A stretch of DNA of 64,000 nt from Felis catus (lineage: Eukaryota). Position numbers and translations under genes: made by a program. Shown here piece after piece: positions 10,944-24,028 of the stretch (the first letter of the stretch is position 1; each line of letters begins with the position of its first letter). The DNA lies in assembly GCF_018350175.1 (NCBI RefSeq), contig NC_058368.1, positions 91,762,001 to 91,826,000 on the forward strand, written 5' to 3'. The notes below the pieces were generated by a model. The model worked only from the letters and a program-made list of their open reading frames with translations. It was not told the DNA's origin and ran no database searches.

Positions 10944-13492
10944 GGTGATGTGTCTTTGTCTAGGTGACAAAGAGTCCGTTCCCATCACAGGTGTCCAGCG
11001 CCTGCATTTCCTGTGCGTGTTCTTGATTCTCTTGCCATTTCAGGAAGTAGACCAAGAAAGCTTTTTCTTCTTTTTCCTTTCAGGAACGCACAGATCATTT
11101 TTCCAAAGCATTTTATAGTGCATGTTGTTAAAAAACAAAACCAGATTCCCGTGCACATGTTCTATAAATCCATCTGGCTTACATAAAATATTTATAAATA
11201 TGGCTACAGAAGGAATTTAAAGATATTCATGGGTAAGGAGCCAGCATGTTCGCTCTGTGTTGCCCACTCTGTGGTCCACACAGCGCTTGTGTGCGTAAAC
11301 ACAGAACAGACACACGATGAACTGAGTACCTGTAAGTAAAATAGTTTATGTCACCAGGACCCCACTGGAAAGCTCATTTATGCATACTTTTCTTGCCCAC
11401 ATAGTTTCAGATAGTAAATTAAATAAACAAAATGATGGCTTGCACCTTTCTGTTCCTCCAGGTGTTTGGCATTTGTGCGTTCCTGCCCATCTTTTAACTC
11501 TTCCAGCAGTAACTTGAGCAGGAGGTCAGAGCTGGCTTTATTTTTTAAGGTTGGACCGTTTTACCAAGAGCCCCGGCCTATTGCATTCTCTAGGTGTTAT
11601 GTGAATTCTTCAGGCTTAATGCCTTAATCCTTTGGTGTGGACCGGAGCAGAGTCTCAGAATGGAGACAGGGGCCATGAGGAGCCCTGCCTCTGCTTGCCT
11701 TTGGCCCTGGGGATTATCACACTTTGGCTGAGATTTTCTGAGGCCTGACCGGCAGCCTTGGGTCAACTTCAGGTTGGGACCTCTGAGCCCATAGTCGGCA
11801 ATTAGACCTGGCGTGAGGAGCCTGGGCACTTGGCTGAGGTCCACCCCACCATACCTCCTTCCCCCCCGTCCCGGGGCCCCTTGTTGGTTGGGACCTTGGG
11901 TCCAGACTCCCAGTCCCCCCAGGTCTGGATCAGCATCTTCAAGTCTGCACCTTGGCTGATGAATATGGGGAGGGAGCTGGTACTGGGGCTGATGGAGACA
12001 TAGGGCTGGTCTCAGAGGGGCCAGATGACAGATGGGGGAGCATGGGGCCATGGCAGAGGGGATCCAAGTAGACAGTGAGCACCCACAGGGCCTGGGCCCT
12101 TAGAACTCAGATCAGGACCAAGGCCATAGGTTCAGAGACTGAATTTACCCCCAGGAGGAGCAGCAGAAGATAGTTCACAGGTCACGCGAGGCAGGTGGCA
12201 GCTGAGACCCCACTGGGACATCAAGGCAGAGGCCAGGAGACCCATGCGTTTATTTGCTTACTGGGAACAATTCAGCCTGAGACTCGTTCCGGGGCCCAAG
12301 AGGCCATAGAAGCGGGCCGGCTCCTAGTGCCAGCCTGCTCCTGGGCTCTGCACTCAGTTCCTCACCTGCAGCCTCTGCCCAGGCCTGTCACATCCCAGGT
12401 AGAGCATAAAGTGCCAGAAGGTGGTTATGATCAGACACCATCTGCTTGCTTCCTCCCACCAGGAACGAAAGGACGAGATTATACTCCACCGAGGTAGACA
12501 GCAGCGACATAAGACTGTATTTGGAGACAGACGTTCTGGGTTCATGTGCCTGTTCTACCACTGAAAACACTGTGATCTTGGGAACAGAAACAGATGGGAA
12601 ACAAGGAGTCTCAAGACGAGGCTGTAAAAGTGTTTGGCCAACTGTGCAGTCCAGGCAGTCCACCCACCCGCCGCTCTGCAACTCTGGCAGGCAAACCTCT
12701 GTGACCCTCGGTCTCTTCCTTTGCAAAATAGGTGTCTCACCCATTAAGCATTGAATCAGTTGAACCTGCCAGGAGCTTGGCACAATTCTACGCGGATAAG
12801 CCCCCGATAAATGTTAGCTGTGAGCCCTGTGCCCTGGGCAGGCAGGCTGAGGAGTGAGCAGGGTTCATCTTTGGGTCCCACGTCTCTGCTCAGAAAAGAC
12901 GGCTTGTTTGGGCCACCAGAGGCTGCACAGTGCACCATAAGAGGAACTAGCTTGTCTGCCATTCTGGTGCCTTTGTTCTCAGGCAGCCCTGGTGAATCTT
13001 TGATTGAGGTCCATTTTGGGAAACAGGGTGCTTCTAGATGGTTTTCACCAGAGATGGTGTTCTGTGCATTCTCGGAAACACAGCATCACCACCACCCACC
13101 CCACCCTCCATGCCTGCTCCACCTGCCCTTCCCAGGTCAGTCAACCTCAGCTGGGCCCTTCCAGCCACGCCGATCCCCCCTGTGACCACACCCTCTGCTG
13201 TCTCAGGGTCCCTGCTGAAACCTTGCCTCTAGACACTGGCGGCCTTCTTACTGGTCTCCCTGCCTCCACCTCTGTCTCTCCACACCGCCAGGCATCTGAG
13301 TTTGGAGCTCTGAATCCCCTCCCTTCTAGGCTGGCTGCCTCAACCCCCGTTCTGCTGCTGTCCTGAGGTTGTGTCTTTACTGGTCACTCGTCACACACCC
13401 TCCCTCTTCATTCACGCAGACCTCTGTCCGAAGGCCCTGCCCTGCCCTGAGCCCAGAGCATCCTCTGAGACTCAGTTAAAATGTCACCGTCT

Positions 13493-13713
13493 GGGGTGCC
13501 TTGGAGGCTCAGTCGGTTGAGCGTCTGGCTTCAGCTCTGGTCATGATCTCAGGGTCTGTGAGTTTGAGCCCCGCATCGGTGTCTGTGCTGACAGCTCAGA
13601 GCCTGGAGCCTGCTTTGGATTCTGTGTCTCCCTCTCTCTCTGCCCCTCCCCTGCTCACGCTCTGTCTCTCAAAAACAAATACAACGTTAAAGAATTAAAA
13701 AAAAAAAAAAAAA
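13493..13713 (+). mobile_element. CanSINE
   Basis: Full SINE; TSD-like aaaatgtcaccg / aaaatgtgaccg. Confidence 0.93.
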
Positions 13714-14734
13714 TGTGACCGGCTCTGAGAAGTCGGCCCTGTCCTCTGGGAATGCCTGGCACATTAGAATGCTGTTTATAATGACCTGCTGTATGGCTTC
13801 CTCCCCCGCTGTTCTGTGAACATATCCAGGGCAAGCGTCATATCCTATTATTAACAGAAACAACAATAAAAGAATGGCAGTCAGCATATTCCGTGCTAAC
13901 TAGGTGGCAAGCATTGTACTAGGCGATTCTCGTACACAGTCTGATTCATTCCTCAGCAGCAGGGCCAGGAAGCTGCAGGCGGCTGGGGGGTTGCGGTGGG
14001 GGTGGGGGAACCTTCTCTGGGGCCACCCCAAAACACACCATTTAAGTGAAAACAGTGCCCCCACTATGTAACTGTGGCTCCCACCTCACAGCCCTGAAAC
14101 CGATCGCCTCCCTCTGCTATGTTTTTTCTGAATCAGAAATTCTGGAGCCGCCAGGGAAGCCTGGGAGATGGCTCCTATCATTATCATTTTGCAGATGGGG
14201 ACACGGAGTCTGAGAGAGCTCAATACCCACCCGCTGGGTCACATGGCAGAGCCAGGACTGGAACCCCACTCATCAGCCTCTGTGAGCCCAGGGTCAGAAT
14301 TCCAGGGCCTCCCTTTCCGTGTGCCCTTCTCTGGGCTTGGCACGTGGCTCAGCTTTGCCGAGTGGAAGGTCGAACTTGGGACTCATGCACTACGTACAAT
14401 TGAGGGCCTCCCCCCAGGGGAGGCATCCTGTTCCCCTGGGCTCTGTGTCTGCAAGTGACAAAGTCAAAGTGAACGCTAGCCAAGGAGGTAATTCAGCTCA
14501 GAGTTCTTGCCCTCACCCGGCTCACCTTTTTCCACTTCATCTGGTGATTAAAAGGGAGGAGGAAAAATACAATACACACATCCCCCAGGGGGCCAGGGCT
14601 CCAGGATCTAGTTCCAGAAACCGAAAGGTTACTTTATTAGCTGTCACAGAAATTTCGCTGTGACCCCAGAATAATTTCCCCAGAGAGAGGCAAATCTCCA
14701 GGAGCTGGGAATAGACGAAAAGATTATTGCTTAC

Positions 14735-14974
14735 CCTGCTGGGCAAGCAGCGTCTGGATCCGGTGCTCTTTCGGAGTCAAGCACGCTGCTCTGGATTGGT
14801 GCCTACCCCCTCCCTCGACAGCAGAGGCTCCTGGGAAACGTGGGGTCCAACAGCAGCTGGCGGCCAGGGTCAGGGCTGGGGTGCCCTGCATGAGCCGCAC
14901 TGGGCGCCAGGGCCGACGTGACCAGCTGTGTGGTTCAGAAGGGACTTGCTGCCTTTCAGAAAGGGCCAGAAGCT
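14735..14974 (-). other. Candidate 240-nt symmetric (phase 1-1) open exon
   Basis: Acceptor tttgatttcag|AG, donor CAGG|gtaagc; frame open (ELLALSERQQ...EHRIQTLLAQQ); protein not recognised. Confidence 0.25.
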
Positions 14975-15689
14975 CTGAAATCAAACTGGCTTTTTGAATC
15001 CCACCTCTGTTAAGTTCCAACTCTGTGGCCGTGAGAAAATGATACCCCCTTTGCCCACGGCCAACACCCCAGGATGCCATGAGGCATCCTCAGTTTCCTC
15101 ATCTGTGAAATGGGTGCGTGAGCGAGGTTCCTGCCCTCCAGAGGGGCACAGCAGTGTTGGATTCCCTTCCTCAGCAGCGTCATGACCAGAGGCTCCTACC
15201 ACAAATTGGCTTCATGAGGCACAAAGTGAGGTCTCCAGGCCAGGGTTCCGGGGACTTGCCACCAGAGGGGAGACTTGGTCTGGGATGAGCCCTCCTCTGG
15301 ATCCAGCAGCCTCTGCTGTCCTCACCAGCCTCCCCATTTTACAGATGAGAAACAAGCTTCAGATATGGGAGAGTCCCCGCCAGCCACACGGCTGCCACAG
15401 GGCAGAACCCAGAGTCCAAGTCCAGCTCCAGGCATTTGGGGGGCCACCCTGGTGAGGCCTGTCCTGAAGAGGGAGAGTCAGGGCCAGTGAGTGTATGACT
15501 GAGGGGTGCCCTAGGAAGCTGAGGAGTCCCTTGAGAAAGAACACAGCCTGCCACTTTCCTGTGACGTGGCTTTGGGTGTGAGTGTGTGACCTTGGGCCAC
15601 TCCTTAAACTCTCTCAGCCTTGATTTCCCCATCTGTAGAGCAGAGATGATTATAGCACCAGCCTTCTAGGGGTGTGTGGGAGGGTGTAT

Positions 15690-15889
15690 CAGTTGGCTGG
15701 GCTGCAGTGACCACAGACCGCATGCTTAATGTAGATTTCCTCACAGTTCCAGAGGCTAGACACCCAAGGTGAAGTTGTAAGCGGGTTTGGTCTTCTTTTC
15801 TTGGCCTTCAGACGGTTGCCTTCTCCCTGTGATTTCTTTCCTTCCTTCCTTCCTTCCTTCCTTCCTTCCTTCCTTCCTTCCTTCCTTCC

Positions 15890-15964
<75 letters not shown>

Positions 15965-16352
15965 GAGAGAGAGACAGAGCAAGTAAGAGAGGGGCAAAGA
16001 GAGAGAGAGAGGATCCCATGCAGGTTTTACACTGCCAGCACAGAGCCCAACACAGGGCTCAAACTCAAGAAACTGCCAGATCATGACCTGAGCTGAAACC
16101 AAGAGTCGGATGCTTAACCTACTGAGACACCCAGGTGCCCCCCACTGTGATTTCACATGTTCCCTCTGTGCACATCTGTGTCCTGATCTCTCCTTGTTTG
16201 GACAGTTGCCCTTGGCCAAGGCCCACCCTAATGACCTCATTTTAATTTAGTTACATCTTGAAAGCCCTGATCTCCAAAAACCACCTTGTTCTGAGGTCCT
16301 GGGGGTGGGACGCCAACATATAAATTTGGAGGGACACAGTTGAGCCCACAGC
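15690..16352 (-). mobile_element. MLT1 (MaLR) solo LTR with an internal SINE
   Basis: atgacctcattttaa ... ttctgaggtcctgggggt ... aatttggagggacacagttgagccca MLT1 motifs. Confidence 0.75.
15833..16141 (-). mobile_element. CanSINE with tail expanded into (TTCC)n(TTTC)n
   Basis: SINE body 15964-16141, tetranucleotide tail 15833-15963, TSD ctgtgatttc. Confidence 0.92.
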
Positions 16353-16374
16353 AGAGGGTTAAATGAGAGTGTGC

Positions 16375-17100
16375 TGTAATGAAAAATAAATATTTGGTCT
16401 TTGTCCCTGGTTCCTGGCACACAGCCCCTTGAAATCTTGGAATCTTGAGTAGTAAGCGCCCCCAGGTAACTGCAGAATGGGATCTGGTTTCCAGAAAGAC
16501 CAATCTGTGATAACAGTGTTGGAACTTTCAGTTGCCCCACCACCACCTCCAGGTTGGGAGACAGCTGGTGATTGAGTGTTATCACCCAATGGCCCATGAT
16601 TTCATCAGTTACACCTAGTAATGGAATCTTCATGAAACCCTAAAGGATGAGGTTCAAGGTTTGGAGAACTTCAACATGGGTGGGCACAAGGAACAAGCTT
16701 CAGAGCCGGGAGAGACCCCTTCCATGCTGGGAAGGTGGCACACCCAGCTCCATGGCAACAGAAGCACCTGCTCTTGGGACCTTTCTGAACCTCACCCTCT
16801 GTGCTCCTCCAACTGGCTGTTCATCTGTATCCTTTCTAATAAGCCAGTAAATATCAGTAAAGTGACTTTCTAGAGAATTCGCAGACCCGAGGAGGGGTTC
16901 ATGGGTACCCCCGGTTTATAGCCACTTGTTCAGAAGTACGAGTGGCCTAATATTTGGGACTGAGCCTTGAACCCTGTGGGGTCTGTGCTAAATCCAGGCA
17001 GTTAGTGTCTGACTCGAGTTAAATGGGAGGACTCCTAGCTGGTGATAGAGAGTTAGTGAAGCAAGTTTAGAAGTGATGCCACGGTATTTGGCGTCAGGAG
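16375..17100. mobile_element. ERV solo LTR, MER21-like
   Basis: tgtaatgaaaaataaatatttggtctttgtccctggttcctggcacacagc start and ggctgttcatctgtatcctt motif. Confidence 0.65.
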
Positions 17101-17189
17101 GGAAAAAGGCCTCTCAGAGAGTGAAAAGCTCAGGAAACCTGAGCTTTGATGGTCTCAGCAGTTCTGGGTGTTTGAGAGCATAGATAAAT

Positions 17190-17640
17190 GGCTGTGCCTG
17201 CATGCCCTCAGCCTGCTTCCTGTTCTGCTCTGATCACTGGTGACTGACCCCTGCAAGCTGGTGCTCCCCTGCTCTGGGCTCTCCTGACTTCCTGCTGGGT
17301 TCAGCCAATAGGATAGCAGGAGGAAGTTAGAGGGCGGGAGGAAGGGAGAAGCTAGGGTATTTCTCCCCATCTGTCTTGTCTTGGGCCACGTGGCCTGTTG
17401 GAGTTCCAGCTTTTGTTGGTGACTCAGTCCCTGAGCTCCAGTAACACAGTCTCTTTTCATTTGTCACCTGAGCTTAGGGGTGGAAGTAGCTTCCTGCTAT
17501 TGCTAAAGTTTGGGTTATTTTAAACACCTTCTGTCTAGCTGCTCGACTCCTCCAACACCTGAGTAACTACTCCCTGCATTCGGTTCCCTCTGTTGTAAAC
17601 ACTTGTAGTGGTTTCTCTTTTCTTAGTTCGACCTTGTCTG
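17190..17640. mobile_element. ERVL LTR, LTR33-like
   Basis: gggttcagccaatagga...agagggcgggaggaagggagaagctagggtatttctccc motif. Confidence 0.55.
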
Positions 17641-17668
17641 TATGAATAGATGTAAGAGACTTTTTTCT

Positions 17669-17860
17669 GGGGCACCTGGGTGGCTCAATCAGTTGAGCCT
17701 CTGACTTTGGCTTAGGTCATTATCTCATAGTTTTTGAGTTTCCATGCTGCATTGGGCTCACTGCTGGCAGCAGAGATCCCACTTGAGATCCTCTGTCCTT
17801 CTCACCCTCCCCTGCTCATGCTCTCTTTCAAAAATAAGTAAACATTAAAAAAAAAAAAAG
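17669..17860 (+). mobile_element. CanSINE
   Basis: Head, body, A tail; TSD aagactttttt. Confidence 0.9.
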
Positions 17861-18254
17861 ACTTTTTTCAGAAGCCTTCAAAATAAAAGGAAAGTGTCCT
17901 AAGAGTTGCCTTGTAAGGCTCTGCAGTGGTTAATTGTAGCCAGAGTCCTCCAACACTTAAGGAAATGCCAGTATTCTGAGACCTTAAAAGCATGCTGCAA
18001 ATGTCCTTTTCTTTTTCATCAGGAGTTTTAAACTGCTTACACTTCGGATCAGAATTGGCAATCATTTCTCTCATTTCTTGTGGATTGCCGAATGATTTCT
18101 CTTCTCTACCTCTAGAAAGTTTGGGTAAAAGATGTTTCTCCACAGCCCATGTTTAACCTACTTAGCTGAAATAATCACAGACACCTTTGATAGAATCCTT
18201 CTCAGTGTGAGAGGTTTCGTGGCTGGCAATGTGCAGCAATTCAAGTGGTGTCTA

Positions 18255-18705
18255 TAGGCCACATGAGTGGCCTCGAATTATCACAAACTTGGTGGCTTAG
18301 AACAACCTACATTTACTCTCTTAAAATGCTAGAGGCTGGAAGTCCAAAATGAGTTTTGTGGGGTTAAAATGAGGGTATCAGAAGGGCTGGTTCCTTCGGG
18401 AGGCTCCAGGGGAGAATGCATCCCTTGTTTTTCCCAGCTTCCAGTGGCTGCCAGCATCCCTGGGTTTGTGGCCACATCACTTTGGTCTGTGTTCCGTGGT
18501 CACCTGGCTTTCTCCTCTCCCTCTTACAAGGATACTTGTGGTCACCTTTAGTGCCCACCTGGATAATGCAGATATTCTCTTCCATCTCAAGAACATTAAC
18601 TTAATCACATCTACAAAGTCCCACAACGTCCCTTTTGCCACATTAGGTGACACTCACATATTCTGGGCATTAGGACAGGGAGATCTCTGGGGGCCACTAT
18701 TCAAC
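18255..18705 (-). mobile_element. MLT1 (MaLR) solo LTR
   Basis: cacaaacttggtggcttagaacaac, ggaggctccaggggagaat, ttaatcacatctacaaagtcc motifs. Confidence 0.8.
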
Positions 18706-18709
18706 CGTA

Positions 18710-18923
18710 TTTTCTTTTAATGTTTATTTTTGAGAGAGAGAGAGAGAGAGAGCGCGCACGTGTATGCGCATGAGCGAGGGAGGGGCAGAGAGAGAAGGGG
18801 TCAGAGCATCCAAAACGAGCTCCACGCTGACAGAGCCTGATGCAGGGCTCGAAACCACGAACTGGGAGATCATGACCTGAGTCGAAGTCAGATGCTTAAC
18901 CGACTGAGCCACCCAGGCGCCCC
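18710..18923 (-). mobile_element. CanSINE
   Basis: Antisense SINE; TSD tcaaccgtattt / tcaactgtattt. Confidence 0.92.
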
Positions 18924-19569
18924 TCAACTGTATTTAACCATAGTGTATTTCAGAAATTCATCATGGCAGTTGTATTCCAGAACTTTCTTTGAATAAGCTT
19001 CTGCCCCCAGAATGAACTTTCTAAAGCCAGCTCCAACCAGGACATACCCTGTGTGTAACTCCAGAGTCACTCCTGAGCTTGGCAGGCCCAAGTCCAGCCC
19101 TCACCCCACAGGGGCCCGCTGGCCTTCTGGGCTCCTTTCCTGCGAGTCCTCCGTCACCCACACCCTCAGCTCGCCCACTTGTCTTCCATAAACCGACCAT
19201 TCACTCACCTTTTGTGTTCTTGCTCACGCTGGACCTGCTGCCTGGGTTCCCATCTGCCTCCTCTGCCTGGAGAACTCTGTTCATCCTTCAAAGCCCATCT
19301 TCCTTGCCACCTCCTCCCATGTCTCCCTGCACTGTGCTGCCGTCTCTGGGTCTGCATTAACACACCAGCACAGTGGACTTACTGCTGCCTGACTCCCCAG
19401 GTTTGGACCTGCTCACTCACTTCTGACCCACCATACCTGGCAATTCCACCTGAACATGAATGAAGGGTCACAGACCTTCAGAGAACATGACTCATGTTCG
19501 TTCAATCGAGTAAACAGATGATCTCTTTCTCATTTCATCAGAAGCCCTTATTTCCCAAGATGCCATTTA

Positions 19570-19783
19570 TGTTTTTCAATATTATTTATTTGTGTTTATT
19601 TATTTTTTATATTTCCGTATTTATGATGAGAGAGAGAGAGTGTGTGCACACACAAGTTGGGGAGGGGCAGAAAGAGGGAACCCCAAGCAGGTTCCACACT
19701 GTCAGTGCAGAGCCTGATGCGGGGCTTGAACTCACGACCTGAGCCAAAACCAAGAGTCAGAAGGTGAGCCACCCAGATGCCCC
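19570..19783 (-). mobile_element. CanSINE
   Basis: Antisense SINE; TSD aagatgccattta. Confidence 0.9.
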
Positions 19784-21892
19784 CACAAAGATGCCATTTA
19801 AAGGGACCATGGGATTTCGTCGGTTTCCTTTCTCAACACCCTGCCTGGAGATCAGCCCTGTGTTCCCTGCACACTCACGCTGGTGTGCACTCAGCACGTG
19901 CACGCATATGCGGACCTTTGCCACAGAGGTGGACAGGCCAGGGGGTTGACAGCCCTTAGGAATAGACAAAGCACCGCTCTTCTTTTTCTTCTCTTCCCAG
20001 CTCCCATTTTATCCTTTCCAGGGGACACCGAGCCCTCAGGATGGGATGGGGCAGCCAATGCCAGTCACATACTTGGGAAATCGGAATCCGGTTTTGGAAT
20101 TCTTGGCAACGGTGGCAGAATTCCAGTGGGCAGAGGCCCTGGAAAGCCCATAAGTATTTAATGCTCTTAAAATCCAGCATGGTGACAAACAATTGTGCAT
20201 GTGTCTTTCCCGGCAGACCTTGGGGGAGGGAGTTACTGGCTGACCTCCTTAAATGAACAACATCCATGGGACCTGCTGGGACAAGGTGTGAGCATTGGCT
20301 CCAGAGCCCCCCTAGACCAGGAATGTAGAAGGGCGACCTCGACAGAAGGCAGAGCACAGTCAGTGGGGACAGACCAAACCTGAGTTCTAGCTGTGCCTTG
20401 GAGAGTGAAAAGTGTGGTGGGGACAGAGCCAGGCCACTGGATGGAGGGAGAAAATAGAGCCACCCTGCCCTTCAAGACCCTCTCAGTGGAGACACATGGA
20501 TGGCACCTGGTAGGAGCCAGGGGGAGCCATGGAGGGTAAATCAGGGAGGGAGGGACACAGTCAGGGCCATGTATTCAGAAGGTCGCTCTGACATCAGTGT
20601 GGACATGAGCTGGGAGAGGTATCTGGGGGGCTTTGCATTGTCCAGGCAAGAGACCTGGTGGCCCCACCAGGAAGATAGGGATCAGTGTGGTGGCAAGAAC
20701 ACTGGGCTTGAGGCCAGGCCCTTTGGTGCCTGGGATGCAATATTGCACCCCCTGGGGCGCACCCCCCCACAACCGTCTGTAGAATGGGGACACCACCCAA
20801 TGCCCAAGACCAAGTGAGGTTTACAGCCGCTCAGATGCCAGGTACCCACCATAGGCCGACATTCCTACCTATTTGCCTCTGCCAAAGGTGGGCAAGAAGG
20901 ACGCTGGCCTGCGTGGTTCTGGGGTGCAGTAGAGTCTCAGGAAGCTCACCTGAGGGGCCACCCCGTTTGTGTGCTGGCCCTCGTGCCTCCTGTGTGTGGG
21001 AAGGGAGTTGGCAGGGCAGTGACACAGATTCAGTGGCAGCCCCTTCTCCCGCCCGCCACCCCGCACTCCTGCTGGAGCATCTGAGACCCGGGGCTGCTGG
21101 GCTGGTACCTTCTGCTTCTGCAGCCCTCATCAGGCAGCCAAGAGGCTAAAATCTAGATGCTGGTCCTGCTTCAGGAACACAATGAAGCCTTGAAATAAAT
21201 CGCCACAGGCTGAGAGAGTGACAGTGTCCTGGAAGAGCAGGAGACATCCTGTCCCCAGCTCTGCCCCAGCACACATTCTGGGTGCTGACATAATGAGGTC
21301 AGGAGAAATGGCCGCTGTCCTGGTTCAGGGGCTGCCGGGCACCGGGCAGAGACTGGCAGCCATGAGAAACCATCCAGCCTGCCGGGCTGCGGTGCCCTGC
21401 AGCGGCTCCTGACTACAGAGCCCAGGCCAGAACATTCACCCAGCCCTGGTCACAGAGACTGCCGAGGAAGAGAATGGGGGCGAGTTCCCCGGGGGCTGTC
21501 CCTGGTTCCCCGTCACTGCCAGGGTGGCTGCAGGTCACGGGCCCCACACTGAGCTTGGCATGTGTGGGTCTGGCTAGCCTTCCAGGGCCAAAGCACTGAG
21601 GCCCCAAGCGGGTAAACACAAAGCCACTTGTCCCTCCCGAGGGAATTTGTGGTTTCTGTGCAGAAACGACTGGAGTTTATATTCAGCTTTTATATTACAA
21701 TTCCACGTAATTAGGCTTAATTGCTTAAAGTTTCAGAAAAATAACGAGAAACTCGGAGGCTTGTGGGGTGCGTCTCATCCTGGCCCCGCAGCATCCAGCG
21801 CATTGAGATTCTTAACAAGAAAAGTCTCTTGATTTTTGGTCCAGGATGGCTTCTCCTTATGCTCTTATCCCTTCAGTTTAAAAAGCAAAAGA

Positions 21893-22125
21893 GGGGGTGC
21901 CTGGGTGGCTCAGTTGGTTAAGTAGCGACTTTGGCTCAGGTCATGATCTCACAGTTCTCGAGTTACGGTGGTTTGTGAGTTCAAGCCCCGTGTCGGGCTC
22001 TGTGCTGACAGCTCAGAGCCTGGAGCCTGCTTTGGATTCTGTGTCTCCCTCTCTCTGCCCCTCCCCTGCTCGCATGTGGGCACGTTCACGCTCCCTCTCT
22101 CTTTCTCAAAAATAAATAAACATTA
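21893..22125 (+). mobile_element. CanSINE
   Basis: Full SINE with a small internal duplication. Confidence 0.92.
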
Positions 22126-22754
22126 TAATAATAATGCTAATAAAATACAAAGCAAGAGAGCTGGCCCAAGGATCCCTCAGGTTCCAGCAAGGGTGGCCAG
22201 CCTCAGTGCCTTCTTGCCTGGATGGAAGTCAGTTGCTCTCCCTGCCACAGAAGGGACTCAGTCTCCTCTGGCGACACCATGCCAGGACCCCTGATTCCCC
22301 CTTACTCCTCTGCCGTCTGAGATCTGAAGCAACTGAACAAACAGACTTCTCGGGCTCAGAACATCTGCTTTGCTGCTGGAAAGACTGGGCTAGAGGGAAG
22401 GGGTTGGCCCCGGGGCCAAACAGGCTGTGAGGTCCAGGAAGGTAACATGCAGACACACAGCCAGCCATCGGTGGGTCCTATCCATGCCTCCTCAAGGGCC
22501 TGGGACAGTGAAGACACTTGTGCCCACCCAATGGGAGGACACAGGCCATGGTGGCCAAATCCTGCCCCAACCGCTGGCCACAGACCTCTTTCCTACTGCT
22601 GCATGGCAGGTCCAGTGAGGGGGTAGGAGATTGCAGACAGTTCCTTCCCATAACTTGTGGTCAAGACCACAAGTGGATAAATGGACAGGGGGAGAGAAGG
22701 GGTCTCCCTGCATGGCCCTGGCACATGGTTAATGCCCAGGATACTTGTTGTTGT

Positions 22755-23201
22755 TTAATTGAATTATAATGGACACACAACATTATATTAGGTTCAGGTA
22801 TACAACACACTGATTCAGTATTTGTATACTGTTCACCCTTTACCAACCAGGGTTTGAATGACTTGAGTCCAGTCTGCTTTCATGTGGATTTTTTGCAATA
22901 AATATACATACAGTACTATAAATGTGTTTTCTCTTCCTCAATTTTCTTTTTTCTTTAATGTTTCTTTATTTTGAGAGAGAGAGAGAGACTGGGAGGGCAT
23001 GAGTGAGTGAGAAAGGGGTAAAGAGATAAGAATCCCAAGCAGGCTCCCCACTGTCAGTGCAGAGTCCGATGTGGGGCTTGATCTCATGAACCATGAGATC
23101 ATGACCTGAGCTGAATGCTCAACCAACTGAGCCACCCAGACACCCCATCTTCCTTGATTTTATTTTCTTTTAATTTTTTAAATATTTATTTTTGAGGGAG
23201 G

Positions 23202-23241
<40 letters not shown>

Positions 23242-23815
23242 AGGGGAGGGGCAGAGAGAGAAGGAGACACAGAATCTGAAGCAGGCTCCAGGCTCTGAGC
23301 TGTTAGCACAGGGCCTGATGTGGGGCTTGAACCCACGAATGGTGAGACCATGACCTAAGCCGAAGTCAGACACCCAACACACTGAGCCACCCAGGGGCCC
23401 CTTCCTTGATTTTCTTAATAACCTTTTCTTTTCCCTAGTTTACTTTATTGTAACAATTACAGTATGTGAAACATAGAACATACAGAATATGTGTTGACCA
23501 GTTCTTTACGTGATTGGGAAGGCGTCTGGTCAACAGTAGGCCATTTGTAATTGAGTTTGGGGGAATCAAAAGTTACATGTGGATTTTCAACCGCCTGAAG
23601 AGTCAGTGCTCCTAATCCCCACTTTTAAGAGTCAACTGTATGTTGCAAATGATCACTACAATGAGTCTAGTTAATATCCATCACTACACTGAGTGACAAC
23701 ATTTTTTTCTGGTGATAAGAACTTTTAAGATCTACCCTCTTAGCAACTTTCAAATGTACAATACAGTATTGTTAACTGTAGCCACCATGCCATACATAAC
23801 ACCTCTAGAACTTAT
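22755..23815 (-). mobile_element. LINE-1 3' end hosting a Tigger MITE
   Basis: acaacattatattaggttcaggtatacaac ... agaacttttaagatctaccctcttagcaactttcaaat antisense L1 3'UTR. Confidence 0.75.
22829..23638. mobile_element. Tigger2-type MITE containing two CanSINEs (about 22940-23146 and 23160-23400, minus)
   Basis: Same internal sequence as the 8491-8832 element; termini ta|ctgttcaccctt ... aagagtcaactg|ta. Confidence 0.8.
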
Positions 23816-23819
23816 TTAA

Positions 23820-24028
23820 TTTAATTTAATTTTTAAATATTTATTTATTCTTGAGACAGAGAGAGAGAGAGACAGAGTGTGAGTGGGGCAGGGGCAGAGA
23901 GAGAAGGAGACACAGAATCTGAAGCAGCTCCAGGCTCTGAGCTGTCAGCACAGACAAACCCATGAACCTCAAGATCATGACTGGAGCCAAAGTCGAATGC
24001 TTAACCGACCTAGCCACCCCGGTGCCCC
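23820..24028 (-). mobile_element. CanSINE
   Basis: Antisense SINE body with internal deletion. Confidence 0.88.

Noticed and set aside
12463..12493. Plus-strand 31-nt micro-exon candidate (cccaccag|GAAC...CGAG|gtagac)
   Set aside because: Weak donor and no compatible partner exons identified
15689..16240. 183-aa ORF with KKER/KEGR repeats
   Set aside because: SINE plus (GAAA)n/(GGAA)n tail translation
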